Positions 1 to 13,159 of a stretch of DNA of 64,000 nucleotides are shown here, in pieces. How positions within the stretch are numbered: position 1 is the stretch's first letter; each line of letters begins with the position of its first letter. A model generated the notes under the pieces. It worked only from the letters and a program-made list of their open reading frames with translations. It was not told the DNA's origin and ran no database searches. Position numbers and translations under genes: made by a program. Source of the DNA: Octopus vulgaris (taxonomy: Eukaryota); NCBI GenBank assembly GCA_951406725.2, contig OX597814.1:46438001-46502000 (forward strand), given 5' to 3'.

Positions 1-118
1 TATATGTATATATTTATATGTATATATTTATATGTATATATTTATATATATATATATGTATATATTTATATGTATATATTTATATATATATATATGTATA
101 TATTTATATGTATATATT

Positions 119-149
<31 letters not shown>

Positions 150-290
150 GCATATATTTATATATATATATATATATATATATAATAAATATATATGTAT
201 ATATATATATTCTATATTTATATATATATAAATATATATGTATATATATAAATATATATATAAATATATATAGTTACATATATATATTAT
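1..290. repeat. Degenerate (TA)n/(TATG) microsatellite
   Basis: Nearly pure alternating TA with interspersed G/T; source of the spurious YIYI ORFs. Confidence 0.95.
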
Positions 291-845
291 TCTTTTAGAT
301 CAGTATTTCTCAACGGGGATTTCAGGGGAGAGTTTCAGGGAGTCGCTGGCGATGTATCGTGATGATCAAAAATCTGGCCTGCTAAAATTTGGTTAAAGTG
401 ATTCAAACTGCAGACTCAACACAAAATGGTCACATTTAATTCAAAGCGTTAAAAATGTTATGAAAACAATTGGTATGTGTTCACAAAGTCCAAACGATTA
501 ATACGAAAAACCCTCCAGGCTACATCCCGAAAATTCATTTCTTTGCCGAATTTCTACAATGTTTACGGCGATTCGTTTTTATATCTTGATTTTTTATTTT
601 TCATGCAATTTACGCATGCTTGCACCGTGGTGAACACGGTTCACGTCAAACAGCTGACTGAGTAAAGTTCACTATTCAATGCATGGGATAAGGCCTAAAC
701 AAACACATTATCGATTTTTGCACTTGCGAGATGAATTTCGGAACAGAAATAGCGCAGTTCAATTTTCATTCGCCTAAACTTTAAGTGACCCATTTTTGGT
801 GGTTCTACGATTTGTTGGCTAGGAGGAGATGTGCCGGGAAGTTAA

Positions 846-892
846 ACACACATACACACACACAGATACACACACAGACACAAGTTGAGTTT

Positions 893-935
<43 letters not shown>

Positions 936-1598
936 GTATATATATGTATATAGCTATATATATGTATATATGTATATATATGTATATATGTATATATATG
1001 TATATATATATATATAGAAATTCGGGGTGAGTACTTGATAATTATAAGCACCTGTGTATATATATATATATGTATATATATGTATATAGGTATATATATG
1101 TATATAGGTATATATATGTATATATGTATATATATGTATATATATATATATATGTGTATATATGTATATATATGTATATATGTATATATATGTATATATG
1201 TATATATGTATATATATGTATATATGTATATATATGTATATATGTATATATATGTATATATGTATATATATGTATATATATGTATATATGTATATATATG
1301 TATATATGTATATATATGTGTATATATGTATATATATGTATATATATGTATATATGTGTATATATATGTATATATGTGTATATATGTGTATATATGTATA
1401 TATATGTATATATGTGTATATATGTGTATATATGTGTATATATGTATATATATGTATATATATGTATATATATGTGTATATATGTATATATGTGTATATA
1501 TGTATATATGTGTATATATGTGTATATATGTATATATATGTATATATGTATATATATGTATATATATATATATGTATATGTATATATATATGTATATA

Positions 1599-1635
<37 letters not shown>
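846..1635. repeat. Compound (CA)n / (TA)n / (TATG) microsatellite tract
   Basis: Directly visible; briefly interrupted at ~1017-1052. Confidence 0.95.
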
Positions 1636-1637
<2 letters not shown>

Positions 1638-2021
1638 TCTTTTTACTCTTTACTCTTTTACTTGTTTCAGTAATTTGACTGCGGCCATGCTGGAGCACCG
1701 CCTTTAGTCGACCAATTCGACCCCAGGACTTATTCTATCGGTCTCTTTTGCCGAACCGCTAAGTGACGGGGACGTAAACACACCAGCATCGGTTGTCAAG
1801 CGATGTTGGGGGGACAAACACAGACACACACACATATATATATATATATACATATATACGACAGGCTTCTTTCAGTTTCCGTCTACCAAATCCACTCACA
1901 AGGCATTGGTCGGCCCGGGGCTATAGTAGAAGACACTTGCCCAAGATGCCACGCAATGGGACTGAACCCGGAACCATGTGGTTGGTTAGCAAGCTACTTA
2001 CCACACAGCCACTCCTGCGCC
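1636..2021 (-). mobile_element. Young full-length tRNA-derived SINE (octopus-type family A)
   Basis: - strand head GGCGCAGGAGTGGCTGTGTGG (A-box-like) and GGTTCAGTCCC (B-box-like), internal TA/TG tract, 3' end GGCGGTGCTCCAGCATGGCCGCAGTCAAA..CTGAAACAAGTAAAAGAG. CpGs retained. Near-identical to 26820-27210. Confidence 0.93.
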
Positions 2022-2029
2022 TATATATA

Positions 2030-3815
2030 TATATTAAATATAAGAATGGGTGTAGTTTTCTAAGAAATCTTTGTATGTTTCTGCCAAAGGAGTAGCTAAA
2101 AAGCATTAATGGAATGGGTTTTATGTCCACCTGTGTGTGTGTGTGTTGAATATCCTTTCAGTATGTTTGGAATGTGATCAGCTTCGTGTTGATGGTTGTG
2201 TATGTTGTGATGAATGTCTTGTGGAAGAAAGAATTAGGATTTCCCTTTAGGTTAGATGTATTCTTTTGTATGTGTGTGTGTGTGTGTGTTTTGCGATGTT
2301 TTCTTTTGTGTGTTTGTGTGCGTGTTTTTTTTGTGATGTTTCCTTTTGTGTATGTGTGTATTATTTTTTGTGATGTTTTCTTTTGTGTATGTGTGTGTGT
2401 TTTTTGTGATTTTTCTTTTGTGTGAATGTGTGTGTGTGTGTGTGCAGGCACACACACACACACTATATATATATTCGAAAAAAAATAATGGGAAGTAGTT
2501 TTCAAAATGATAATATGTATAAAACTGTTTTCTGAGTGTTTTTTCTTATTTATTGGGTGTGTTTGGGTCTAGATTTAATTGTGGCTTTTACTTGTTGATA
2601 AATTGCTTTTCTTTATTTAGTTTTTGTTGTTGGTTGAAAGAATCTGAGCACTTGTAGAGGGGAAATATTTTGAAATTTAGTAAGACCATTCCTGCACAGG
2701 TTGCAATGTGACTGCATAAAGGATTTTCCTTGTGTTTTTGTCTCAGATCTGTTGGCGATGGGTCGCCATTCTGTTGCATTACAATCCACCCACCTGACCT
2801 ATGTAATTATGTTGGCAACCATTGCATGTGATTATGTAGATCAGGTTTTCCAGGTTACAGGTGAGATTGGACTTAACTTTGAAGTCTTGGCCAACTTTGA
2901 AACTATATTCTGGCCCCTCAGTTAGGTAATGGCAAGTGCCGCAGTTTGTTCTGCATTTTGTGACAGTTGGGTTGGGGGTTTCTTTGTGTCTTTTTGCTCC
3001 AGTGAGAATGAGTTTTAACCCTTTGGTGTTCACATTATTCTGCCAAAATTAATGCGTTTTCATCCACATTGTTTTGAAGTAATCGCGCATTATCTTGCAG
3101 CTATGAGATTTTGATGAGGTAGCTGTTAATTTTTAAAACGATTTTGTAGGGTCGGTGTGAGAGACCAGATCTGGCCAGTTTGAAGATAAAACAGGCAGAA
3201 TACTTTTGGCCAGATATAGCCGGTTTAAATGCTAAAGGGTTAATGTTTTTAGGCTGCCATTTGCTTTTGATGATTTTTTGTTTTTCTGAGATTTTTCTCA
3301 TTTTTTCTTCTGTACATAAGATGGGGAGATTTTTGTGGATATGATAAAATATTTTGGTGTTTCTAGGATTGAAGGTTGACACAAATGGTAAGACATTTTC
3401 CTTTCTTTTGTTTTTTGTTTTCCCAAGTTCATTGATATCCATTTGTTTTGCCTTGTTTATTCTGTTGGTGATTATGCTAGGAGGGAAGGCTCTTTGGATA
3501 AGTATGTCTTTCAGTTCCTCTAGTCTTTGTTCACGTTTGGATGGTTCTGATACTATGGTACAAATTCGTTTTGCCTGGTTGAAGGGAATATTGAGTTTGG
3601 TGTGTTTCAGGTGACATGATGTGAAAAGAAGGTACAGTTTGGAGTCGGTGGATTTGTAGAATATGTCTGTTTCTATTTTCCCATCTTGGTTTCTGATTAG
3701 GATATCCAGAAAGGCAAGTTCTTTGGAGTTATACTCCATTGTGAATTAGATGTTATTGCTGAGGTTGTTGAACAGGTTTTTAAGTTCAGTTAACTTGTCA
3801 ATATTGACAAAACTG
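2030..3815 (-). mobile_element. Decayed, 5'-truncated Penelope-like retroelement (RT C-terminus + Cys-rich linker + GIY-YIG endonuclease; Neptune-like)
   Basis: ORF 3101-3739 has LAFLDILI...TDIFYKSTDS..YL.FTSCH..HTK.NIPFNQAKRI (PLE RT/thumb). ORF 2779-3033 has KCRTNCGTC...LTCNLENLIYIITCNGCQHNYIGQ (GIY-YIG). Frameshifts and stops are present, and a MITE interrupts it. Confidence 0.88.
3019..3239. mobile_element. piggyBac-type MITE inserted in the Penelope element
   Basis: TTAA|CCCTTT...AAAGGG|TTAA termini with TTAA TSD (3015-3018, 3240-3243). Homologous copy at 10154-10372. Confidence 0.88.
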
Positions 3816-3853
3816 GTTGTCAAATGCTAATGGGGTAACAAACACAGAGACAA

Positions 3854-3928
<75 letters not shown>

Positions 3929-4082
3929 ACAGGCTCCTTTCAGTTCCTGTCTACCAAATCCAGTCACAAGGTTTTGGTCAGCCTGAGGTTATACTTGAAG
4001 ACACTTGCACAAGGTGCCATGCAGTAGGACTGAATCCAGAACATGGTTGGGAAGCAAGCTTCTTACCACACAGCCACTCCTG
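3815..4082 (-). mobile_element. Family A SINE, 5' part
   Basis: Homology to 1790-2021 including the head; expanded internal CA/TA tract. Confidence 0.85.
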
Positions 4083-4119
4083 GAAATATATATTTATATA
4101 GAAATACGTGTGCATACAT

Positions 4120-4152
<33 letters not shown>

Positions 4153-4158
4153 CATACA

Positions 4159-4201
<43 letters not shown>

Positions 4202-4252
4202 TTGTATACTCAAACGATACTCAATACCATCGTGGAAATTATTACGTTTCTT

Positions 4253-4469
4253 ATTTCTTTATTGCCCACAACGGGCTAAACATAGAGGGGACAAGCAAGG
4301 ACATTAAGTCGATTACATCGACCCCAGTGCGTAACTGGTACTTAATGTATCGATCCCGAAAGGATGAAAGGCAAAATTGACCTCGGCAGAATTGGAACCC
4401 AGAGCGTAACGGCAGACGAAATAGCGCTAAGCATTTCGCCCGGCGTGCTAACGTTTCTGCCAGCTCGCC
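4253..4469 (-). mobile_element. Second tRNA-derived SINE family (B) with a 24-bp target-site duplication
   Basis: - strand head GGCGAGCTGGCAGAAACGTTAGC and core TTTGCCTTTCATCCTTTCGGGATCGATA. Flanked by ATCRTGGAAATTATTACGTTTCTT at 4229-4252 and 4470-4493. Decayed fragments at ~9225-9330 and ~10030-10150. Confidence 0.88.
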
Positions 4470-5063
4470 ATCATGGAAATTATTACGTTTCTTTGGCCAA
4501 GTCAGTCTTTTACCATGATTTGCTTGAAAACCTTGTCATTTACTAGTGAAACCCAGAGTAGCAAGAAACTGACTCGATCAAAATAATACATACACACTTA
4601 CATAGGAAAATGGTGACTTCAAAGTTTGACCTTACTCGCCTTTGTCAGTCATACGAAAGCAAGCAAGCAGAAACTTGGAAGTAACTGTCAAACTTTTTCA
4701 TGGAAAAGTTTGATAAATATGTACTCTACTAAAATGTATTGAGTAATCAGCCCTTCAGTTTAATGCTTAATTATACTTATTATAAGTTGACATAAAAAAA
4801 ACCCAGACATTTACATATAACGTTTTGGTCTGAAATCAGCTTAGTAACTGAGCTCTTTATTACCATGCATATATATTTCTGTTTTACCCTTTTCCTCTTT
4901 ACATATATAGATAAGAGGAAAAAATCTATCAAAAAGGAACTCTAATCTCTCTTTAAAAAATATATTTTGATAAGCATAACAAATGCGCAACCGGTAAAAG
5001 AACTTTCACCTAATTAAATTACTTAAATTACTTAAATTATTTTGTCAGCATTTTCTTCATTTC

Positions 5064-5119
<56 letters not shown>

Positions 5120-5401
5120 TAGAGAATATTTAGTGAGGAAACACGTGTGGTGGATATATATATAGAAAGAGAAAAGATGAAAAAACATTGATTTGTTTTA
5201 CACGATTTAAGAGTTTATTAGAATCATGATAATAAAGATAATATACAATTTTGTACAAAATATGGTTTTGATCTTTCAACATAAAATGAAGTAAGGACCG
5301 GTCCTTATATACTCTTAAATCCTGTAAGACAAATCTCTGTGGTTTCGAGTAGTATCAGAGAGGATTGGACGAAATGGTCAACCTCCAGTGTTTGACCCGA
5401 G

Positions 5402-5790
5402 CAAAAAAAAAAAAAATGGTGTAATAGGTGTAAAACAACATGTAGTAAACGAATATGAAAAATAATGCATGCTGGCAAACGAGAGTGAGGAGACGACTTG
5501 GAAAATTCACATCGTGAGTGTTCCGAGTCCTCTCACCACTTTCCCGTTCGTCAACGCAATATTTTTCTTCATGTTCGTTTTACTACACATTATTTTACAC
5601 CTAGTACACTATTTTTTTTTTTTTTTCAATTTTTGTGAGGGGGGTGCAGACTCGGATAATTCACACGATCAAACTCACAGGATCTGAAAACTCAACGTTA
5701 ACACCCAGTCGCAAAAATGAAAAAAAAAAGTGTAAAAGGTGTAAAACAACATGTAGTAAACGGGGGCGGGGGGGGGACTCGGAAAATTCA
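5402..5790. repeat. Imperfect ~110-bp-arm palindrome plus a third partial arm (fold-back or MITE-like)
   Basis: GGTGTAAAACAACATGTAGTAAAC...GGAAAATTCAC (5402-5510) is inverted at 5514-5628 around a 3-nt loop. The same motifs recur at ~5705-5790. Confidence 0.75.
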
Positions 5791-5939
5791 CTTGCTCAAG
5801 GTGCCATGCAGTGGGACTGAACCAGGAACTGTGTGGTTGGGAAGAATATCCATTTTCTTGATGGAAAAACTATAGTTGAAATTTACAGAAAAACAAAAAA
5901 CGAAGACAGGTGTATGAATAACAACCAGTTGTATATATA

Positions 5940-6300
5940 GGCACAGGTGTGGCTGTGTGGTAAGAAGCTTACTTCCCAACCACGTTGTTCCGGGTTCAGT
6001 CCCACTCTGTGGCACCGTGGGCAAGTGTCTTTACTATAGCCTCAGGTCGACCAAAGCCTTGTTTGTGGGTGGATTTGGATGACGGAAACCGAAAGACACC
6101 CGTTGTATATATGTATGTGTGTGTGTGTTTGTCCTTCCATCACCACTTGACAATTGGTGTTGGTGTGTTTACATCCCCATAACATAGCGTTCGATCTAAG
6201 AGAGCAAAAGAATAAGTATCAGGCTTTAAAAATAAGTACTGGGTCGATTCATTCGACTAAAAAAATTCAGGGTGATGCCCCAGCATGGCCACGGTCTAAC
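5940..6300 (+). mobile_element. Family A SINE, near full length (opposite-strand fragment at ~5788-5845)
   Basis: Head GGCACAGGTGTGGCTGTGTGG...GGTTCAGTCCC through tail GCCCCAGCATGGCCAC. Confidence 0.88.
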
Positions 6301-7861
6301 GTTTGTTTGTAACATGTATTCATCATTCTTTTTTTTTTTTTGGAATGTTTACAATATTTATGCTTATGAGCAATATTCTCATGATGATAGAAGCTGTTTC
6401 TAGTAATGTTATCTGAGTCAACTTTATTTCGCTATTCTCTCAAATTCGTCAGTTTTAACGTAGAAAACGAAATATTAGTTCGACTGATCTTGAAATTTAT
6501 CTGTGGACGTGCTAGTTTAAATTAGTCTTAAATTAGCCTTCATAGAATGTGGAGGGAAAAACAGGGTAACAGTATATTTACTACAATTACTTAATATGTA
6601 AACAGAGCAGACTGTTTTTGCAATAAAGGAAACATCTACTACTATTTGACGTTTGACACACTTTGAGAGATCCAGTTACAATCTAGGAAACTTATATTTT
6701 TTTACCTGTCCAAAAAATATTTCTGCTTGTTCTTTCAACTGTTATAGTATTTATTTTAACGATTTCCATTTATTAACTTCATGATCTCATATGATTATCG
6801 CAGTATAATAAGTAGATGATAGTGAATAATATTATCCAGCGCAGAAATGACTATTTTCTCACGTAGGTTTTGTATTCGAAGTGAATTATTTATGTACGAA
6901 ACGTTGAATTTCAAGTTTTCATGTAACTTTCTCAGTTATGTTCAGTGTAAAGATTCTCCCCCACCATCAAACCATGATCCATAACATTTTTTTGTCTATG
7001 AGTAACATATTTCATTTCAAATTCTCAGTGAAATAGATAAAGTGAAAAACAAGACTGTACGAAAAAATTTCGCTAGATTTGTATACGATAAACTCGTGTC
7101 TGTCATTTCTCACTTGGCTATTGTTTTCTTTTCAAGGCCAATGCAGAATGATTCTATAGATCTCTCCTAAATAGATAAGATACTTCAGAACTTTATGTAC
7201 CTTCATATGTGAAAAATTATTTGACTAATATTAAAATAATTAAATATTTCATATTATTTTTGTGAAATTTTCAGTTTTTGTTTTCTAGTTTTATTTTCTT
7301 GATAGTTGTTAGTCAGTAGAAGAAATTCTTTAAATATGTAAATTTGGTACTTACAATTTTTTTGTAGTGGGCCTCGAAAGCTATTGCTCATTATAAATTT
7401 TTGCAAACACTGTTTGAACTACAGGGAATCTATACATTAGTTCACAATTTTTTTTTAAATACAAGTTATACAAAAATTCAGAAAGGGCTGCATCCGGTTC
7501 ATTTTGGTTACATATTTGAAATTAATGACTCGGTAGTATTAATTATAGAAAGGGTAATTTTTCAAACCTGTAGCTATATGAGTTTGCAAAATTATAAATA
7601 AAATCAGATGAGAAAGTGCCCAATGCTGAACTTGAAATTTTGGAGAATGTAAGCTCTATTTTTATAGAGATACAACAGATGGTCATGATATCTAAGACAT
7701 TGAATGATTGTACTGTGTGTGACAAAAAGAACAAAATCCAATTAAATTACAACCTTTCATCCAAGCATTGGTTTCATACACACACACACTGAAATCAGTA
7801 CCACAATTTTCTGAAAGTCATGAAAGAATAGTTTACATATTTATGTCTTACTTCAATATTT

Positions 7862-8052
7862 GTGCCAGTGGCACGTAAAAAGCACCCAACTCATTCTGTA
7901 AAGTGATTGGCATCAAGAAGGACATCCAGCCCTAGAAATCATGCCAAAACAGACAATCAGAGCCTGGACACGTCCCCAGTTGCCCAGCTCCTTTTCAAAC
8001 CGTCCAACCCATGCCAGCATGGGAAACAGATGTTAAATGATGATGATGATGA
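7862..8052 (+). mobile_element. RTE-LINE 3' tail fragment ending in (GAT)n
   Basis: AAAAGCACCC...CCAACCCATGCCAGCATGG...TAAATGATGATGATG, the same tail that ends the RTE-coding fragments at 17171 and 21280. Further tails at ~16003-16160(-), 22836-23095(-), 34640-34820(+), 35058-35175(-), 36670-36802(+), 39745-40030(+) and 50642-50960(-). Confidence 0.8.
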
Positions 8053-10153
8053 TAGATTGCATTTTTTTCCATGTATTTAATAACATAGTCTTTAATGCTG
8101 CCATATTTTAGTATATTCACTTCAATGATAGCCTCAAACTGAAATGGTTTTCTGCTCCTGGTATACATACATGGATTCTGAGAGCAGGCCAGTTCATCTG
8201 CTAGGGTCCTGTTTGTAACTCAAGAGAAATGATTACATTAGGATGGATATTTGATACAATTGGATACTGAGTGTAAAAATTTGCTTAGTAGAAGATTCTT
8301 CTGGCAGAAAACTCAGGAGGAAATGTGAGGTAAAATCTGAGAATATTGTACTTTATATCTGAGAGAATGCAAAATTATGACAAATAGCAGTTTGCCATTC
8401 TGCAGACCCTTTCAATATGTGCTAGCATGGAAATGTGGGTGTTGAACCATTGATGAGAAAGAATAAACCCTACAATTTTTTTTATTCTGCTTTATAATTA
8501 CTGTTTACATTGCATTAAGATCCTGCTCACCCTTGTCCAATGCACTACAGAAGTCCACTTTGCATTACAACTCATCAGTGCTAATTTATATCATTAATTC
8601 AAATTAATTGAATCCATGAGAATGACTATCTATATTTGAGCTTTCAGAACTAGATTGTATAAAAGATAACAGAAAACATAGGAATCCTCTGCAGATGTGT
8701 TGCTAGTCTTGATTCATAGCATTTAGAGCCCATTCATTGATATTTTTTCTTTTATTTGACTTGTGTTAGCAGATGTCATTTAACTAAAGGTTTTAGAAAA
8801 TTTTTTTTTATATAAGTTATCTCTTTATATCCATTTCTTCCAGATGTTGCAAAATTTCATTACACTAGCAAAATATGACAATACCATCAAAACATACACA
8901 CCAAACAGTTATTTGAAAGTTCATGACTATTTGACTAAACTTCACATAAATTAGTATGCTGATGACAAACAATCTTTTTTAATACTTAATTGATTGCTTT
9001 GGAATAAAAACATGAAAACTGTACCACTTTGGATACTATTTAATTATAATGTAAAATAAGTTTAGATTAATTAGAACTGTATGTATAATTAGCTACTTGT
9101 TTTGATCATACTTTTCATCATTTTGCCTGTTCATATTATAGCTTCAAATTATGAAAATAGGACCGCTTTTAGTATGTTACATTTGTGTTTGTGAGTTGGA
9201 ACATGAAATTACAAATAAATTATTGGTTTCAAATTTTTGCACAAGGCCTGCAATTTTGATCCCAATGATCAACTGATACTTATTTTATCGACTCTGAAAG
9301 GATGAAAGGCTAAGTTGACCATGGCAGAATTACAAATAAAATATTGACTGTAACCTATGATGACAGAACACTCACTTCATAGAATTAGTTTGGCGAGTCA
9401 AATGTCAGTGAGTCAATAGAAATATTATTTTTAAAAATCACAGAATTTATAAAATAATTTTGAATTGTAGAGTAGCACAACAGTTAAGATTGACTTTTTA
9501 GTGATGAATTAAAACTCTGACACAAATTGTGTTGTGTCAATTGTCAAAATGTATTAGTTTATTATACTTGCATCATTTTGCTGAAAATAAACATTGAAAA
9601 TATATTCAAGCTGTTCAAAGACTTTTTGATAATTCAAGAAAATATCTTAACTATGATTCCTCCTAGTTGAAAGAGTTATCCACCTGATGACTGATGTCCT
9701 GGGAATAAACTGTTATACCAGAAACACATGCATCAGTTCCATAGTCAGAATCGTGCACTAATCCTCTAATCAGAATCATACACTAAGCCCCTTATCATAA
9801 TCATTAAATTACAGAATCCTGTAATCTAATAAGCAGAGCAGATGGTGCTGACTTGGGACTCCAGTATGAAATTGAGCTAGATTGATCTAGTATGTATTTC
9901 TGTCAGCTGGGTGAATTGATATGATGTGGAGTAAAAGGTTCTACCCAGCAGTACTTAGTCATTTTGAGCCCTAGAATATTTAAAATATATATATCATTAT
10001 TGATTTCTGATATTATATCAAATCTAATACTTGACTGGTACTTATTTGATCAACTGTAAAAGTATGAAAGGCAAAGTTAACTCAGGTAGGTTTTGAATGA
10101 AACAACAAAAGACTTTGTTCAGCAGTCATCTGTCTGTCAATCTACTGTCTTAA

Positions 10154-10372
10154 CCCTTTAGTGTTCAGATTATTCAATCAAACATAATGCCTATTGATTC
10201 CCATTGATTTGAATCAATCATGCATTATCTCATATCTTCAAGATCTTGATGGTGTAATTACTTAATGTAGAATAACATTGTAGGGTAGGTGTGAGAGCCT
10301 GGATCTGGTCAGTTTGAGCATAAAACAGATTAAATATTTTGGCCGGATGTGGCCGGTTTAAATACTAAAGGG
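10154..10372. mobile_element. piggyBac-type MITE, second copy
   Basis: TTAA|CCCTTTAG...CTAAAGGG|TTAA; homologous along its length to 3019-3239. Confidence 0.88.
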
Positions 10373-12049
10373 TTAAATTCATATGTTTTTATTGACAGAT
10401 ATTCTTGTATTGGTTTCAGCCAACTCTTTGTATTATACTAGGCCACCACCAATGATAATTTCTAAAGAAATTTATAATTCTGAAACCATGAAGATATTTC
10501 ATTGCCCCCTTCTATATTTTAGAATTAGAGAAACATAACAAAATATTTTCATTCTTACACAGTTTTGTTTGAGTTGGTGGGTTTGTACAAAAATGTAACT
10601 AATTTGATAGGTTATTAGGTAGTAACTTGTTACAGAATCATGTAGTTATTGAGAAAGACACATAACTCTCAAATTGTTCTCTTCATTTAACTATAAGGCA
10701 TTCTGCAGAGTAGGATCATGTCACTACCATAGACAGCAGCAACACAGCTTGCAATTCTCAGCTTAGTTTTCCTTAAAGAAATGTTGCTTCCCACTAGGTT
10801 AAACTGTAAATATTTGGATCTAGTTACCTGTTGATGGATACTTTTGGAGTATCAACAAAATTAGGAAGAAGGCTATATGCATACAGTTACACAAATTTTT
10901 TATAGAAATAAAGTGGGCTTATAATTGTGCAATAATTCTAAAGATTTCAGTTTGAGGGAGATGTTTCTATTATGATTAGCTGAATGTGATCAAATTGGTA
11001 TCTATATATGCTTATGTATTTTGTAAATTTAAATATGTTTCTAATTATATCGTAATAGATTCATGCTTTACTAATTTAGAGAATTAGAGCTGATCTTTAG
11101 TCCATTGTAGAATGTTCTTAAGTTTTGAGATAATGTTAACAATTTTTACATTAAACAGAATTTTGCTCTAGTAACAGCTTTGGCTGTATAGTCAAGAAGT
11201 TTCCTTTGTTACATTCTGCATTCAACCTTGATACGTGGTACCTTTGCTTTATGTGTTCTGTCATAATTTTGGATTGACTAATACTATTTGAATGGAATTT
11301 GATAGACTGAAACTGTGCAGAAGCCCATATTGTGTATGTATACATGTACATAGCTGTCTGTCTGTCTGTCTGTCTCCAATATGTACAGGTGAAAAAATTG
11401 AAAGACTAGCGTTTTTAACAATGTCCCTTGCAGTATTTTCTATGCTCTTATCGCAAACATTTCTTTGTCATTCTTACCATCAGAAAAACCTGTTGAAAAC
11501 CTGTCACCAGAAGAGTTATTTAATAAAGTTTTTAATGAAAATGTTACTGTGATTTTAACATGCATTTGAACACAATAAGAAACAGAATTTAAATGAACAA
11601 TGTACTATAAATTTTAGTTCTGTCTGTTCTTAGGTATTATCCATCCATATAACCACTACCATATGTGTTTAATAAACAGCAAATTTGAAGTAATTTTGTG
11701 TCATGCCTAAATCTTTTTCACAATTTTATATAATAGTGTGCAAAAGATTCAGGTTCACTATAAAATTATATTAGATCTGGTATTTATTGATATGTTGATA
11801 TTTTAGCTTTGGTAGGAGAGTCTGTCTGCTGTTTCATAATTTAACAGATTTACATTTATTTTGTTGGAAACTTAAATGTTAATTAAATTTATAACTAACT
11901 TGAAATACATCTGTAAGAAACAAGAACTTGTTGCAAACAGATCATGTGGCAGAACTCAATCAAATGTCAGTTACTAAAGTATATCTATTTATATGTGAAA
12001 TCAATCTTGAGAAGTGAGTTTATCAGTTTATTAATGCTTTCAGATACTA

Positions 12050-12640
12050 GCAAACTGTTAGAGCAAGTGTCTTTATTGATGTGAGGTTTTCCTACAACTA
12101 AATCTTACAGCACAAGAGACAGGTTGCTGCAAGAATATAAAATGCATGGAAACTGCAGCCCACTGGAATTCAGAGCTATGCTGCTATGGCAGTGCTTGAT
12201 ACCAAAACCCACACATTGCACAGGAGCTTTCAGCACATGTTTTATCAACATATGAATCAAGCTTATAGAAGTATTTCTATACCTCTGTAGAAATAACCTT
12301 CAACTGGTAGAGTATACTTTCAAAATCTGAGTGCAGATATTTTCAGTTGCTTTTACCGTTGATGGTGTAATGGACCAGTCATTGGTTTGTTGAAACACTC
12401 TTTGAACTCAATTGTTCTATAAAAGATGTTATGCAAAGACTAATGCTGTCATATCTGTGAATGCCTGATGCCATGATTCACATATTGAATGAGAGCTTTC
12501 TGCATTTAGCTATTAATAGATGGAACAAACTTCTGGAAGATACAATTGCAGCTACCTCAGTGGATGGACCTCTAGCTTTCAAAACCATGGTGCACAAACA
12601 GTTTGCCACCTTCACTGTTGATAATGCAGGGAGCAATTGA
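12050..12640 (+). mobile_element. Old LINE 3'-end remnant (CR1/L2-group-like)
   Basis: Translatable patch FLHLAINRWNKLLEDTIAATSVDG..FKTMV resembles the C-terminal 'WN.LP.....S...FK' motif of CR1/L2-group ORF2. Heavily decayed. Confidence 0.5.
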
Positions 12641-13159
12641 TTGATTTATTGAACTCCTTTCTGAGTTCATACAAGCAAGCCTATTTTCCTAAAAGCTATG
12701 AAAAGTAATGAAGTAAACAAGAAGACATTAAAAACATGTAAATCTAGAGTAAAGTAATTAGTAAATGTCAACAACATTATTGTATAAGAATAATATAAGT
12801 ACGTACGTAATGCATACATACATACATGCATGCATGTGTGTGTGTGTATATATGAAGGGTGTTTCAAAACTTTTGCGCTTGACTTGATCCCTTTTGACAC
12901 TGATCTGAAATCATTGTTTTATTTGTTGATTTGTCGTTAAGGATGTTTGGCTTGAACCTTTTGCAATGCTTCTAATATTTATCTCGAGTTTACATTTACT
13001 TGTTTTCCCACTGACCTACTTGCTGTTTTTCCTACCCATTAATCAATCAACCAATCCTTTATATATATTCTCTCACTTCATGTTTTTTTTTAATGCTGTT
13101 TTCTATTCTTAATAATTGTATGCATATTATCGAGGCATCTGAATTTAAAATGAAAAGTT

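Noticed and set aside
301-360. hAT-like terminus CAGTATTTCTCAAC (similar GC-rich patch at ~35895-36125)
   Set aside because: No matching second TIR or 8-bp TSD found; too weak to call.
4-1707. Long YIYI/CVCV/HTHT ORFs here and at 16584-17065, 56172-56522 and 59530-60174
   Set aside because: Stop-free translations of dinucleotide microsatellites in several frames on both strands; not genes.
1793-2130. Recurrent peptides such as IVEDTCPRCHAVGLNPEPCGW and RQASFSFRLPNPLTR that look like a gene family
   Set aside because: They are translations of SINE A copies.
6420-6460. - strand CTGACGA...GAAA motif
   Set aside because: No stem II closing pair, no stem III or NUH in register, no stem I.
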